The position numbers were made by a program, and so were the translations under genes. The notes under the pieces were generated by a model. That model had not been told where the DNA came from. It ran no database searches and worked only from the letters and a program-made list of their open reading frames with translations. A stretch of DNA of 63,621 bases, filler included, from Chiloscyllium plagiosum (Eukaryota): the NCBI RefSeq assembly GCF_004010195.1. It is 3 parts of one record of this genome, joined end to end, with 100 filler letters (N's around TTAATTAATTAA, not from the genome) between each part and the next. Parts side by side here need not be neighbours in the genome. Positions count along the whole stretch, not along the records: positions 1 to 29,527 come from NC_057713.1; 2 more parts are not named here. One strand, written 5' to 3'. This document shows, piece after piece, positions 1 through 12,620 of the stretch. Every line of letters starts with the position of its first letter. The stretch's first letter is position 1.

Positions 1-1064
1 ATTTTAGTCAGTTCCTCTCTCGTGCCCTCATAATTACCTTTATTCAACTGTAACACCATTGCATCCGATTTTGCCTTCTCCCTTTCAAACTCCAGACTGA
101 ACTCTATCATATTTGGTCGCTACTTCCTAAGGGTTCCCTTACTTTAAGATCTTTTATAGAGTCTGGTTCATTGCAAAGCATTAGGTCCAGAATAGCCTGC
201 TCTCTTGTGGGCTCCATGACAAGCTGTTCCAAAAAGCCATCCTGTAAGCATTCCATGAATTCCCTTTCTTTAGATCCACTAACAACATTATTTACCCAGT
301 CCACCTGCATATTGAAGTCTCCCATGATCAATGTAACCTTGCCTTTCGGACATGCCTTCTCTATTTCCCGGTACATGTTGCGTCCCTGGTCCTGACCACT
401 GTTAGGAGGTCTATACACAACTCCAATTACGTTTTTTTGCCTTTGTGGTTCCTCAATTCCACCCACACAGACTCCACAGCATCCGACGCTATGTCATTCA
501 ATACCATAGATTTAATTTTGTTCTTAACTAACAAGGCAACCCCACCCCCTCTGCCCACCTCTCTGTCTTTTCGATAAGTTGAAAAACCATGGAGGTTTAA
601 CTGCCAGTCCTGACCCCCCTGTAACCAAGTCTCTGTGATGCCTACTACATCATAATCATTCATTATTATCTGTGCCATTAGTTCATCGGCTTTGTTATGT
701 ATGCTACGAGCATTCAGGTAAAGTGCCTTAATGCTAACTTCCTTATCATTAGAGATGTTGGAAGTCATATGTCCTAAGTTATCCTTGCTTTTTACTACAT
801 TCTCAGTCTGCCTCAATTTTAAATCCGCCTGGAAACATTCTATCCTGCTGCTTATCTTGCCATCTACCTCCATACTCCCTGTCGCTTTCACTTTCCCTTC
901 CCCCCAACTAAGAAGTTTAAAGTCCTACTGACCACCCTATTTATCCTCTTCGCTAGAACATTGGTACCTGATCGGTTCAGGTGGAGACCGTCCCAACGGT
1001 ACAGATCCCCCCGTTCCAAAACTGATGCCAATGCCCCATGAAGTGGAATCCCTCTTTCCCACAC
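1..1064 (-). mobile_element. CR1-clade LINE fragment (end of ORF1 esterase plus APE endonuclease of ORF2), 5'-truncated
   Basis: Minus-strand ORFs give YLNARSI, VVGITETWL, GVVYRPPNS, IMGDFN and LDLMLCN (APE motifs), with a frameshift. Close relative of the copy at 54017-55287. Confidence 0.93.
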
Positions 1065-1959
1065 AGATTTGGCTTTAATGATAAAGCAGACAGTTATTAT
1101 GCAAAAGAAATAAAAATAAAATGGAATAAACTAAATTATTCATTTTTTAAAAAAAGTATGAAATCCATACGCACAGAAAAATACAACCCCATCTATCCGA
1201 ACACCATCGGAACTGAATCATCAGCGATCACTTCAATAGGGTTGACATTACTATTTCTTCCAAATGCTTTTCAATGTTTACTCTATCGAATGGTAAAGCT
1301 CACTCAATGCAAACAAATCCCCATTATCACTCTCTCATATTGGCTGAAATAAAATAAATACTTATAGATTAATAATTAATCTCTTCTACACATTAAGATC
1401 AAAACTCACACTTCACTAGTTCAAGCCCAAATTCCAAAATAAATAATACTAAAAATATGCAAATCACACATAACTTACATTGTCAGTTTGAAACTGTGCT
1501 CAAGGCATGTTATTTTAGAGTATTTTGGTAAATTGTAAACAGTTCTGGCCCTACATAGGCAACACAGACTTCTTAGTAACATCCACTGCTCCTCAACTAT
1601 AATCCATATACAGTATTGTCAGTTGCAGTAAGTATGGTGTTGAACTTATTCAGTTAAAAGCAGACAACAAAATTAAAACAGTTTATACTATTCACTTACA
1701 AAACCAATGGAACCTGATAATTAAATTGTAGGTTTGGTGGTGAGACAAATCCCTGTTAATGTTACTAACATCTATGTATGTAGAATACAAGAGCCCTTTG
1801 AGGGATTTCTGTTTCCTGTACAAATAACATACATGTCCCTATCCAATGTTATATGAGACATGCACAATAGTAAGTGTTGCATATATGCGTAGTGTGTGAA
1901 CAGAAGGTGACTTCTTACTAAATTTAAGGACATTAAGAACATAACCTTTTAAAATCGTA

Positions 1960-3445
1960 AAGTCATACAGCATGGAAACAGATCCTTTGGTCCAACCAGT
2001 CATAGTGTCATAGAGATATACAGCATGGAAACACACCCTTCGGTCCAACCCGTCCATGCTGACCAGATATCCCAACCCAATCTAGTCCCACCTGCCAGCA
2101 CCTGGCCCATATCCCTCAAAACCCTTCCCATTCATATACCCATCCAAATGCCTCTTAAATGTTGCAATTGTACCAGCCTCCACCACTTCCTCTGGCAGCT
2201 CATTCCATACCCGTACCACCCTCTGTGTGTGTAAAAGTTGCCCCTCAGGTCTCTTTTATATCTTTCCCCTCTCACCCTAAACCTATGCCCTCTAGCTCTG
2301 GACTCCCCGACCCCAGGGAAAAGACTTTGCCTATCTATCCTATCCATGCCTCTCATAATTTTGTAAATCTCTATAAGGTCACCCCTCAGCCTCCAACGCT
2401 CCAGGGAAAACAGCCCCAGCCTGTACAGCTTCTCCCTATACCTCAAATCTTCCAACCCTGGCACCATCCTTGTAAATCTTTTCTGAACCCTTTCAAGTTT
2501 CACAACATCTTTCCGATAGGAAGGAGATCAGAATTGCACGCAATATTCCAACAGTGGCCTAACAGCCGCAACATGACCTCCCAACTCCTGTACTCAATAC
2601 TCTGACCAATAAAGGACACTTCTCAGCCCATTGGCCCATCTGGTCCAGATCCTGTTGTAATCTGAGGTAACCCTCTTGGCTGTCCACTACACCTCCAATT
2701 TTGGTGTCATCTGCAAACTTACTAACTGTACCTCTTATGCTCACATCCAAATCATTTATGTAAATAACAAAAAGTAGAGGGTCCAGCACTGATCCTTGTG
2801 GCACTCCACTGGTCACAGACCTCCAGTCTGAAAAACAAACCTTCACCTTCTACCTTTGAGCCAGTTCTGTATCCAAATGGCTAGTTCTCCCTGTATTCCA
2901 TGAGATCTAACCTCGCTAATCAGTCTCCCATGGGGAACCTTGTCGAACGCCTTACAGAAGTCCATATAGATCCCAGTTGGTCATGTTTCCAAAGTCAACT
3001 AGTCCCACCTGTTGTGCTTGTCTTGTATTTCTCCAAACCATTCCTATACATGAACTAATTCAAATGTCTTTTAAATGTTCGCTGGCAGTTCATTCTACAC
3101 ATGAACCACGCTCTGAGTAAAAACATTGCTCCTCGTCTTTTTTAAATCTTTCTCCTCTTACCTTAAAAATATGCCTCCTAATTTTGAACTCCCCCATCCT
3201 AAAGAAACAACTCTTGCTATTTACCTTATCTATGTCCCTCAGGATTTTATAAACCCAAATAAGATCATCTCTTAACCTCCTACACTCCAGTAAAAAGGTC
3301 CCAGCCTTTCCAGTCTATTTTTATAACTCAAACCCTCCATTCCTGTCAGCATCTTAGTAAATCTTTTCTGAACCCTCTCCAGTTTAATAACATCTTTCCT
3401 ATAACAGGGCAACAAGAACTTCACACACTATTCCAGAAGAGGTTC
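1960..3445 (-). mobile_element. Nested CR1 3' fragments: younger HER1-like copy (2001-2972) inside the 3' UTR of an older CR1
   Basis: [19 protein letters not shown] and LERVQKRFTRM motifs, plus the (TCATAGAG)-type tail. CCAGT direct repeat at 1996-2000 and 2973-2977 flanks the inner copy. Confidence 0.88.
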
Positions 3446-3475
3446 TTATGTTTTATTTTCTACTCTATTTCCTAG

Positions 3476-3520
3476 GGATACCCAGGATCAATAGGACATG
3501 TTGGTACTCCCGGCAGAAAG
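3476..3520 (+). CDS. Type IX-like FACIT collagen exon (45 bp) GYPGSIGHVGTPGRK
   Basis: Polypyrimidine tract and AG acceptor, GT donor, phase 0, perfect Gly-X-Y. Confidence 0.95.
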
Positions 3521-3609
3521 GTAAATGCTGTAAATTTTTAGTGCTTAGCGTGTAATGCTTCTGTGTCATGAATATATAAAGCTAATACTTTTTGTATGTT
3601 TGTTTTCAG

Positions 3610-3663
3610 GGTGATATTGGAATGGCAGGAAGATCTGGTAGTGATGGTATGCCAGGTGGTCAT
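3610..3663 (+). CDS. Collagen exon (54 bp) GDIGMAGRSGSDGMPGGH
   Basis: tttcag|...|gtaaga; Gly-X-Y x6. Confidence 0.96.
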
Positions 3664-3761
3664 GTAAGATGAAGTTGACTTCAATACTTTTAAAATGGGC
3701 TTTGCAAAAAATATATATCCAAAAAATAAAGCACTCCAAATATCCTGTTAATTGGTTTCAG

Positions 3762-3815
3762 GGTCCTCTGGGAATACCAGGGATATTCGGTGAAACAGGA
3801 CAAATAGGACCAAAG
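3762..3815 (+). CDS. Collagen exon (54 bp) GPLGIPGIFGETGQIGPK
   Basis: tttcag|...|gtactt; Gly-X-Y x6. Confidence 0.96.
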
Positions 3816-3939
3816 GTACTTTTGCACATCCAATTCAATGCATATTAAATATTTTAAAAACATATTATATTTGGATAATGATGACAGTTAACTGTTTTTC
3901 ACAGGATCATTAACAGAAGAACATTTTTCTTATATTTAG

Positions 3940-3993
3940 GGAGATAGTGGGGATCCTGGTCCAAGAGGACCACAAGGCCCACGTGGTTTTCCA
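3940..3993 (+). CDS. Collagen exon (54 bp) GDSGDPGPRGPQGPRGFP
   Basis: atttag|...|gtaagt; Gly-X-Y x6. Confidence 0.97.
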
Positions 3994-4317
3994 GTAAGTG
4001 TTTTGCTATTTTGCAATTTAAAATATTTTTCTAAAACAACCGAAACTTTATAGTATTTTACTTATTATTGAATTTTCTAAACTGCATCTATTCCCAACTC
4101 TGCTCAATATAAGGGGACCTAAATGTATATTATCTCACTAATACCTACTTGGTCGAAAAAAATTTAAAAATCATGTTTACAGCCCTTCTCAAGTTATTGA
4201 CTGCTGCATGCTTTCCCTTGGGAAAGCCAAGAAGAGACATAAAAATCATAAACCCTGGCATAGACTAGTTGGGCCAGTTGACCTTTTCACGTGTTAGGTA
4301 TTCTATCCAATACAGGT

Positions 4318-4436
4318 AGGCAAAAGTGAGGACTGCAGATTCCTGATTAAGGGCTTTTGCCCGAAGTGTCGATTTTGCTGCTCCTCAGATGCTGCCTGAC
4401 CTCTTGTGCTTTTCCAGCACCACTCTGATCTAAACC
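4318..4436 (+). mobile_element. 119-bp Penelope-like mini-insertion (degenerate hammerhead plus terminal repeat)
   Basis: 15-bp TSD CTATCCAATACAGGT at 4303-4317 and 4437-4451. Body matches the repeats at 55543 and 55962. Confidence 0.8.
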
Positions 4437-4820
4437 CTATCCAATACAGGTGTTAGTGTGAGATATGGCAGCATAGCGGTTGTATGACTAGACTAGTAAG
4501 CTAGCAGCTTGGATGAATGATTTGGTGCAGGTGTGTAGAAAGCTCATCAGGAAGCTGGGGAACTTAAATGCAATTAATTAAATAAATGTTGAATTTAAAA
4601 AGCTACCATCAGTCATAGTAACCAGGAAACTGCCAGGTTTTTGTCCCAATCTATTCAGCTCACTAATGTCCTTTCAGGAAGGAATCTGCTGTCTGTCCTC
4701 ACCTGGTCTATATGTGATTCTAGATTCCACAAAAATGTGAAAGATCTGGCAGCATATCTGACTTCTGAAGAAGGATCCAAGGATCCAATATACTAACTCT
4801 GCTTTCTCACCACACACACA

Positions 4821-5165
4821 ATCATAGAATCCTTACAGCAAGACATTCGGCCCATTGAGTCCACACCAACCCTCCAAACAGCACGCCATCCAGCCATACG
4901 TCCCTATTCTATCCCTGTAACCATGCATGTTCCATGGATAATTCCCCTGAGTTGCACAACCCTGGATGCTACAGAGCAATTGAGCATGGCCAATCTAATT
5001 AAACTGCACATCTTTTGACTGTGTGATAAAATCAGAGCACGTGGAAGAAACCACACAGACATGGGGAGAATGTCCAAACTCCACACAGTCACCTGAGAGT
5101 GGAATTTAACCCGAGTCCCTAGTCTGTGAGGCAGCAGTGCTCAGCACTGAGCCATCGTGCCTGCC
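4821..5165 (-). mobile_element. HE1/V-SINE-type tRNA-derived SINE
   Basis: Reverse complement has the tRNA-like head GGCTCAGTG..AGCACTGCTGCCTCACAG and the V-domain-like TGTGGAGTTTG..ATTCTCCCC. Homologous to the copies at 8775 and 61139. Confidence 0.85.
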
Positions 5166-6917
5166 TGTGCTGTCAGACTTACTGAGTTTCTCCAGCAATT
5201 TCTGTTTTTAAGATTTCCAGCATCTGCAGTTCTTTGTTTTATTCCAAACAAATTGTGGCTGACTTCTAACTGCCTTCTGAACTGGCTCAGTTGTATTCAA
5301 GAAAGTCATCACCTCTTCAAGGATAATTAAGGACTAGCCATAAATGTTGGTTTTGCCATTCCATGCTTTGTGAATGATTAAAAATATATCGTTTGGGAGC
5401 TGGATTACTTCACAATCAATGTTGGTATAAATTGGTTTGACATATGATATATGAATGATGATTTGTGAAAGGACCATCAATTCAGCACCTGCTTGTTTCA
5501 GGTGGTAGGCCTCAGGCTTCCAACTCAGAAATTTGTAAGTTCAAGCCTAACTTGAATATAGAAACTAAACTGACCCTTCAGACATACATTTTACATAGCC
5601 ATTACACAGCAGAGGGAATAGGACTGAATTAATTAATCTACAGAAAAACCAGCATGGACTCAATTGGCAGAATGGCCTCCTTGTTGTGTTTTATGTGTAA
5701 TTCCATAATTCTATGTGCCTCAACCACAATTATAATTGAATTTTATATTCAGTTTGAGAGACAGATGAGTGGGTGCAAGACAGATTTGTTAAACTTACAT
5801 AAGAGCAATTATGAGAGCATGAAAGCAAAGCTGGCCAGAATGAATTGGTAGACTAGGTTAAATTATATTTCAATAGAGATATAGTAGCAGGAATTTAAGA
5901 AGATGTTTAAGGCAAATCAGAATACACAGAATAGATACGTTCCAATAGGTAGGAAAATTTTCAAGAGATGGACCCACCGTCCTTGGTTAGCTCCGTTATC
6001 ATCCCAGCTCACATTCCTATTGGCTAAGTCAGATCCCAGAATTAAATCTGGCTCAGTAGATACTTTATAAATATAACATGGTGGTCTTTCACTGAAACAT
6101 AAGCACATCAGGCTGCTGATTTGGTTTTAACAATAAAATAAAATATTTCTAATACCTGGCGAACATCAAAATCCAGAGACATTTTCCTTCCCTATTAAGT
6201 CTGTAGTTAGGCTTACTGCTTCTTTTTGATTCCAATCCTGTTAATTGTGCAGTCTTTTTCTTTGACTCTCACAACTGAGATCTTAGATTTGCTCAGCTTT
6301 GAATAACCAGCTGCAGATTTCTAACCAAATACTCTGCATTTGAAGTTTACTCAAACTGAAATCCTTACACTGAGGTAACTTATTCCATTAACTGCTGTAA
6401 ACAAACTTCTTTTTTTTCCCTTAGAAAAGCTATTCTTGCATCTTATCCCAGTCAGGTCATCTTCAAACAGAATTCAGAAGTTTCTAACTAAATTTTAAAA
6501 ACTCAGTCCCCCTAGCTTCTGCTCAGCTATTGGCTGAATGTTTCAGTCTTCACTTGTCACAAAACCCCACAATATAAACAAACTTCCATTAGCCCTCCAG
6601 GAGGTCTTCAGCATTTGCTCTTTGAAAAGAAATAGTTTAAAATCGTGGTTCTTAAAAGACTGACCTAGTTGATTATTAAACTCCATCATTCAAATAGACC
6701 AAACCTATGTACCACTAGTTTTAAAATCTAAACTCTAAAACTCTTCTAAAAATGATAATATATAAAATGTATATCATACACCTTTTAATATAACTGGAAA
6801 GGTTAACACTAACATCAAACATAAAGAAAAAGCATATAAATGTGCAAAAAAAGGTAGCATGACAGAAAATTGGACAGTACACAAGAGCTGGGAGGTTATG
6901 CCAAAACTGTGTTTCAA

Positions 6918-7910
6918 ATGTGTAAAATGCTGAAGTATTGTATACAGCTCTGGTCACCCCATTATAGGAAGAATGTGATTGCACTAGTCATGGAACAGAG
7001 AAGATTTACCAGGATGTTGCTGGGGCTGGACAGTCTGAGTTAAAAGGAAAGATTGGATGGGCCGGGTTGTTTTCCTTGGTGTAGCAAATGTTGAGGGGGG
7101 ACCTGACAAGTTGTACAAGATTATGAGGGGCATAGATAGAGTGGATAGGAAGTCACTTTTTCCATGAGTAAGTGGAAATAATCAGGAGGCACAGATTTAA
7201 GGTAAGATATAGAAGGTTAAGTGGGGAGTTGAGAATTTGTTTCACCCAGAGTGTGTTGGGATTTTGGAACTCACTGCCTGTTGAGTTGCAAACCCATGCA
7301 CTATTTAATTAGTATTTTGAAATTCACTTATGTTGCCATCACCTTCAAGGGCTATGGACCAAAGTTGGAAAATGCGATTAATATAGTCAGATCTTTGTTG
7401 ATCAGCATGGCCATGATTAGCTGAATGGCCTCCTTCTGTACTATATACATCTACGAGTCTATGAGAATATATAAAAACAATATAAAATTAATAAGGAGGG
7501 AAAAATTGGAGCACAGAAGAACCTTGTCAAAAATATTAAAAACGGATACTGTGTTTCTATAAATATTTTGTGAAGAGTTAACTGATGAAGCTTCGGTCCT
7601 ATGCAAAGTGAGCCTGGAGAATTAATAGTAGAAACTAAAGAGATGGCTGGTGAATTGAATAGGTATTTTGCATAAGTCTTCACTAAAAAGGATCTAAGTA
7701 ACATGCCAGCTACAAATCAGGGAAACGAAGAGAAGGAAGAGCTCAGGAAAATTACAATCAATAGAAAAGTGATGCTGAGTAAATTGTTGGAGCTGTGGGC
7801 TGACAAGTGCCTGGGTCCTGACTGATGTTGTCCTAGGGTCTTAAATGAAATGATTTATGAGATAATTGATGCATTGGTTTTAATTGTCGGTAACTCCCTT
7901 GATTAGGGAA
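6918..7910 (+). mobile_element. Old degraded CR1 LINE fragments
   Basis: Decayed RT C-terminus and 3' UTR (CAGAGAAGATTTACCAGGATGTTG, AATGGCCTCCTTCTGT), followed by an ORF2 middle piece. Confidence 0.7.
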
Positions 7911-8774
7911 ACTCCCACCAGTTTGGAAGCTAGCAAGTGTACCATTAGTATCAATCGAGGGAACCAACTGTGCATGGCAATTGGCATCAGCACGCCAACT
8001 GCTGCATGGATGTCTGATGCCACACATGGGCTTTGGATGTGTGCACAGCCTGTAAGAAAATTAGAGTTGAACACTGGCACCAACAACAAGTGCAGGAGGG
8101 CAGGATAAGGGCATCATCAGGCATGCCTTAAAAACGAAGTGTCAGTCTGGTGAAACTACAACATAAGTCTACTTACACACCAAACAGCAGAAACAGTATG
8201 TGTTAGACAGCTAAATAATATCGCAATAAGCTAAGATCAGATCTAACTTTTGTAGTCCTGTTACATCCAACATGGACGCAGCTGGGCAATTTAAGAACGC
8301 CAACTGCAGAACGAGGCTTCACAAGTAGCTCCATCAATGTTATGGAAGTCTGGAATAACAGTGCAAAAGTAAAAGCTGAAGCATTTGCAAATGTCTTCAG
8401 CAAGACATGCTGAGTGACTTTCTCCTGAGGTCCCCAGCATCTCAGATGCTTTTAATCAATTTGCTTCATCCCACTTGATATTAAAAAAAACAGCTGAAGG
8501 CATTGAATATAGCCAAGACAAATGGGGCCTGACAGCATTCAGCAATTGTCCTAAAGACTTGTGATCCAGAGCTAGCTTTGCTCCAGGCAAGCTATTTCAG
8601 TACAGCTACATGATGAATATCCATCCAGCAATGTGGAAAATTGGTTTGTTCATAAAAAGCAGGAGAAATCCTGCATGAATAATTGGCACCCTCTACCCTG
8701 CTGTCAATCATCAACAAAGAGATGAAAGGTGTCATTGACAATGCTAACAAGCAGCATTTACTCAACAATAGTCT

Positions 8775-9070
8775 GGGCATCACGGTGACTCAGTGGTTAG
8801 CACTGCTGCCTCACAGTGCCAGGGACCAGGGTTCAATTCTAGCCTCAAGTGGCTGTCTGTGTGAAGTTTGCACATTCTCCTCATGTCTGTGTGTGGATTT
8901 CCACCAGGTGCTCCAGTTTCCTCCCACAGTCCTAAGATAAACAGGTTAGGTGGATTGGCCATGATAAATTGCCCATAGTGTGCATTAAGTGGATTGGCCA
9001 TGGGAAATGCAGGGTTACAGGGATAGGGTAGATGTGGACTTGTTGGGCCGAATAGCCTGTTTCCACACTC
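8775..9070 (+). mobile_element. HE1/V-SINE-type SINE inserted in an older LINE
   Basis: CACGGTGACTCAGTGGTTAGCACTGCTGCCTCACAG A-box region, GGTTCAATTC B-box, and CR1-like 3' end CCTGTTTCCACACT. Confidence 0.88.
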
Positions 9071-9608
9071 AAACTCTCTGAAACCTGTTTATGCACAGCC
9101 ACAGTCCAGAGATGAATAGCGAGTTGGTTGGTGTATGTGTGTTGCAGGTGGGGAGAATGAATAATTAGCGGGCTTATATTTTTAAAAAAATCAAAGGCTA
9201 GCAGTAAATTCTGTGAATGTTAATTATCTACACGTAATCTGTATACTTTTGAATGTTGGCCTCAAAAACATCTGTCTGAATGTCATCTGAATTAGAAGCT
9301 TGGGTCTGGAATTCTACTTGCTCATTTATGGATGGATTACCACTGATTCCTGAAAGGGCACAGGGGAAGAAAGGAGAGGGGCAGGCAGAAAGTGGGAGGA
9401 GAAGGGGAAGGTTGAGACATGTTGTTAAGTTTGTACAAAAATACACTTTGTTTTAAATTTAACTTCCTTCAAAAGATTTTAGAAATGTGTTTTTCTGCTA
9501 GTTGGCATTGGGTAATATCTGAATGGGAAATATAGATTGATTACTGTATGCACTTGCTCTTTATCATTGCCTATTATATGTCCAATTATTGAGTATATTT
9601 TCTTCCAG

Positions 9609-9680
9609 GGGATGAAAGGTGATGCAAGACAAAGTGGAATACCTGGAAAACCAGGAGAAAAGGGAGTGAAAGGCTTACCG
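9609..9680 (+). CDS. Collagen exon (72 bp) GMKGDARQSGIPGKPGEKGVKGLP
   Basis: ttccag|...|gtgagc. Gly-X-Y with one Gly position occupied by Arg (AGA, 9627-9629). Confidence 0.95.
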
Positions 9681-9769
9681 GTGAGCAAATCTATCATTGA
9701 AGCTGCAATTAGTTATAAAATAATCCCTTAAGCAAGGAGGATCTCATTTATTACATGTTTTCTTCACAG

Positions 9770-9805
9770 GGCCCACAAGGTGAACCAGGGCCTGATGGTG
9801 AGAAG
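9770..9805 (+). CDS. Collagen exon (36 bp) GPQGEPGPDGEK
   Basis: tcacag|...|gtaaga. Confidence 0.96.
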
Positions 9806-10704
9806 GTAAGAATCCAGAGTGGGAGACACAGAATAGCAGAACAGTTTATCAAATATCCTGCAAAGCCTTGTCTGAACAATTTTAGTATGTATGGCGATAG
9901 AGATTGTTGTTGCTAATATTGACAGATGCTTTGCATACTGGGCTGAATATTCATTCTTGGGTCAGGACTCTGATATCAGGACCATTTCATTGAGGTCAGA
10001 GCATGCCAAGAAATCAGTTTGCCATAATTTTCCCAGCATGGCCACATCCACCTCAGGGTGAAATTCAGCTTATTGAATAACACTATTGAGTTCATATTTC
10101 CACAAGGCATTAACTTAATGTGTTAGTGCTCCACTTACCTTATCAGATTTGGGACTGTCAAACAATAAGTGTTTGTCAATGAACTGCAACAGTAATTTCA
10201 ACAATCTTAAGCATTAGCCAGTGTTTTTTGCTTGTTAAAAACTAATGTGAAAATCCACAAGATAAACCGTTGAAAGCAAAATAACATTAAGTTAATATAA
10301 ATAATTGTGGCGTTTTTAAAAATCCTCATGCTGCACAATACCATTTGACCATTAATGTTGGCAAGCCCCACCCCTGCCAAACTCCAGGTCAAGCTACTGT
10401 GTGACCAGACACTAGGCAGTGCTCAAGAATCAATGAGATCAGATGAATCATCCAGTATTTACTTCCCTCTCTTGGTAAACAAGTAGGACATATTGTAAAC
10501 CTAATCCCCAGCATGGCAAGAACTGGAAGTGGACAGAATGAAGAATCAAAGATATGAAGCTGAATTCTACCAGAGTAGGAGCTGTTGCATCATTGGATGT
10601 CATTTTGCATAGGTGTTCTATTCCAACAAATTTGTACGAATGAATATTCAGTTCTTTTTGTCAGAATATGGAAATTCTAATTTTCCAATTTAAACTTTTA
10701 ATAG

Positions 10705-10749
10705 GGTGAAACTGGAAAAATTGGAGTTCAAGGCAAGTCAGGACCCAAG
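10705..10749 (+). CDS. Collagen exon (45 bp) GETGKIGVQGKSGPK
   Basis: taatag|...|gtattt. Confidence 0.95.
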
Positions 10750-10838
10750 GTATTTTATAATCAGTGACAATTAAACTGACAAAACTAATTGAAAGTTTGT
10801 AGATCTATGCATAGCTGACCTTTTTTCTCTCTATACAG

Positions 10839-10871
10839 GGTGACAAAGGTGACATGGGTGACAAAGGACAG
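10839..10871 (+). CDS. Collagen exon (33 bp) GDKGDMGDKGQ
   Basis: atacag|...|gtttgt. The last triplet is completed by F of the next exon. Confidence 0.94.
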
Positions 10872-11809
10872 GTTTGTATTTTTTATCTTTTTCAAGCAGA
10901 GGTACATATTCATTAATATGAGTCCAGGAAAATTATATTGTAAATCATTGTATAACTTTCTGTAATACAACATTCATGGGTAACTTCCTTAAAAAAAAAA
11001 CACTTTAACCTGGGATCTTTCTTTCATAAACTGTTTGTTATTGTCTCAGTGATGCCATTAAATCTCAATCACACAATGTAGTGTGGAAGTATGAACAAAA
11101 TTTGCTTTAAATAAGTTAACATCGATTTGACAAAGTGTGAGATGTGTTTTCAAGGGCAGATAATGAGTTAAGCACATTGGAATTTTGAACCATGACACAT
11201 CAGTAAATGGAATGTTCAGGGCAGAATTGAACTATTCAGACTTGAATGGTCCCAAGTTTAATCACTGGTCTAAATCATAAACTGATTATAGCTGGAAAGA
11301 TTTTAACAGTGAAATGATTATCCTGTAGGTTTGGAAGGGGTGCTGATTAGATCTCTGCTAATTGCTGTCACAAAATATTTACAGGTGACATTTGGCCCAT
11401 ACATTCAGAATGACCCCATTGTAATGATTCTTGACTGATTCAAGTATTTTTGGATGAACTCTGTAATTCCATTCCATCTATTCATCAATTTATATGAAGT
11501 GTGGCATGATATCAGTCCTAAATTTAATATTTATTTTAATGAATCTGTGATCTCTTGTTTTATTCTAATAATTTGGTTGAAATGATTTTTTTCTAAATTT
11601 ATCTTTTCTATATCTTGTATAATTCTATAAGATGATCCTTTCAAGATCAAGAACCTAAAACTTTTTAATCTTTCCTTACAGCTGACCTCTAACTTTAGGA
11701 AAAAATCTTTTGACTCCTTGCAGCACTATTTCCAATGCTTCAATGCTCTTCTTTGTCTTGATCACCAATACAGACCAAAAGCTCAAAGTGTGGAGTAAAC
11801 CAGGGCACA

Positions 11810-12620
11810 CAAAGCTGGGTGGGAGGATGAACTGTGAGGAGAATGCAGAAATGCTTTAATGTGATTTGGACAAGTTGAGTGATGGACAGCAGATGAACAA
11901 TAGTATAGATAAACGTGAAGGTTATCCACTTTGGTGGCAAAAACAGGAAGGCAGATTATTATCTTAATGGTGATAGATTGTGAAAAGGGGAGGTGCAAAA
12001 TTGTCCTTTTTGCTCAGTTGCAGAAACTAAGTATGTAAGGACTGCAGTTGTTGAAGAAGGCAAAGGGTTTGTTGGCCTTCATTGCAAGTGGCTTTGAGTA
12101 CAAGAGCAGAGATATCTTTCTGCTATTGTACAGAATCTTAGTGAGATCAGACCTGGAATACTGTGTGCAGTTTTGGTCTCTTTAACTGAGGAAGGAAGTT
12201 CTAGTTATGCAATGAAAGTTTGCCAGATTGATTTTTGGGACGATAGGATGAAGGGAGATTGAATCAGTTTGGACGGTATTCCCTAGAATTTAGGAAATTG
12301 ATTCAGGATTCATATAAACCTAGATGGGAAAGGATATTCTTTATGACTGGGGAATCCAAAACCAAGGGTCACAGTCTAAGGATACAGGATAGGCCATTTA
12401 GGACTGAGCTGAGGAGACATTGTTTCACGCAGACTGTGGTGAGCCCATGGTATTCTCTGCTACAGAAAGCAGTTGAGACCAAAACATTGAATATTTTCAC
12501 TAAGTTAGATATAGTTCTTAGGGCTAAAGGTATGAAGGCTTTGGGGAGAAAGTGGGAACAGGGTACTGAGATGGATTATCAACCATGATCACAAAGGCAT
12601 CCTCCTATGTTCTGTTTATA
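11810..12620 (+). mobile_element. Degraded CR1 LINE 3' part
   Basis: Decayed RT C-terminal motifs (CTGGAATACTGTGTGCAGTTTTGGTC; GESKTKGHSLRI). Confidence 0.78.

Noticed and set aside
1038..1352. 104-aa ORF
   Set aside because: It starts in the antisense strand of a CR1 and runs into AT-rich intron; no recognisable domain.
8775..8850. tRNA-like sequence with A and B boxes (also near 5090-5165 and 61395-61465)
   Set aside because: These are SINE heads continuing into SINE bodies, not standalone tRNA genes.
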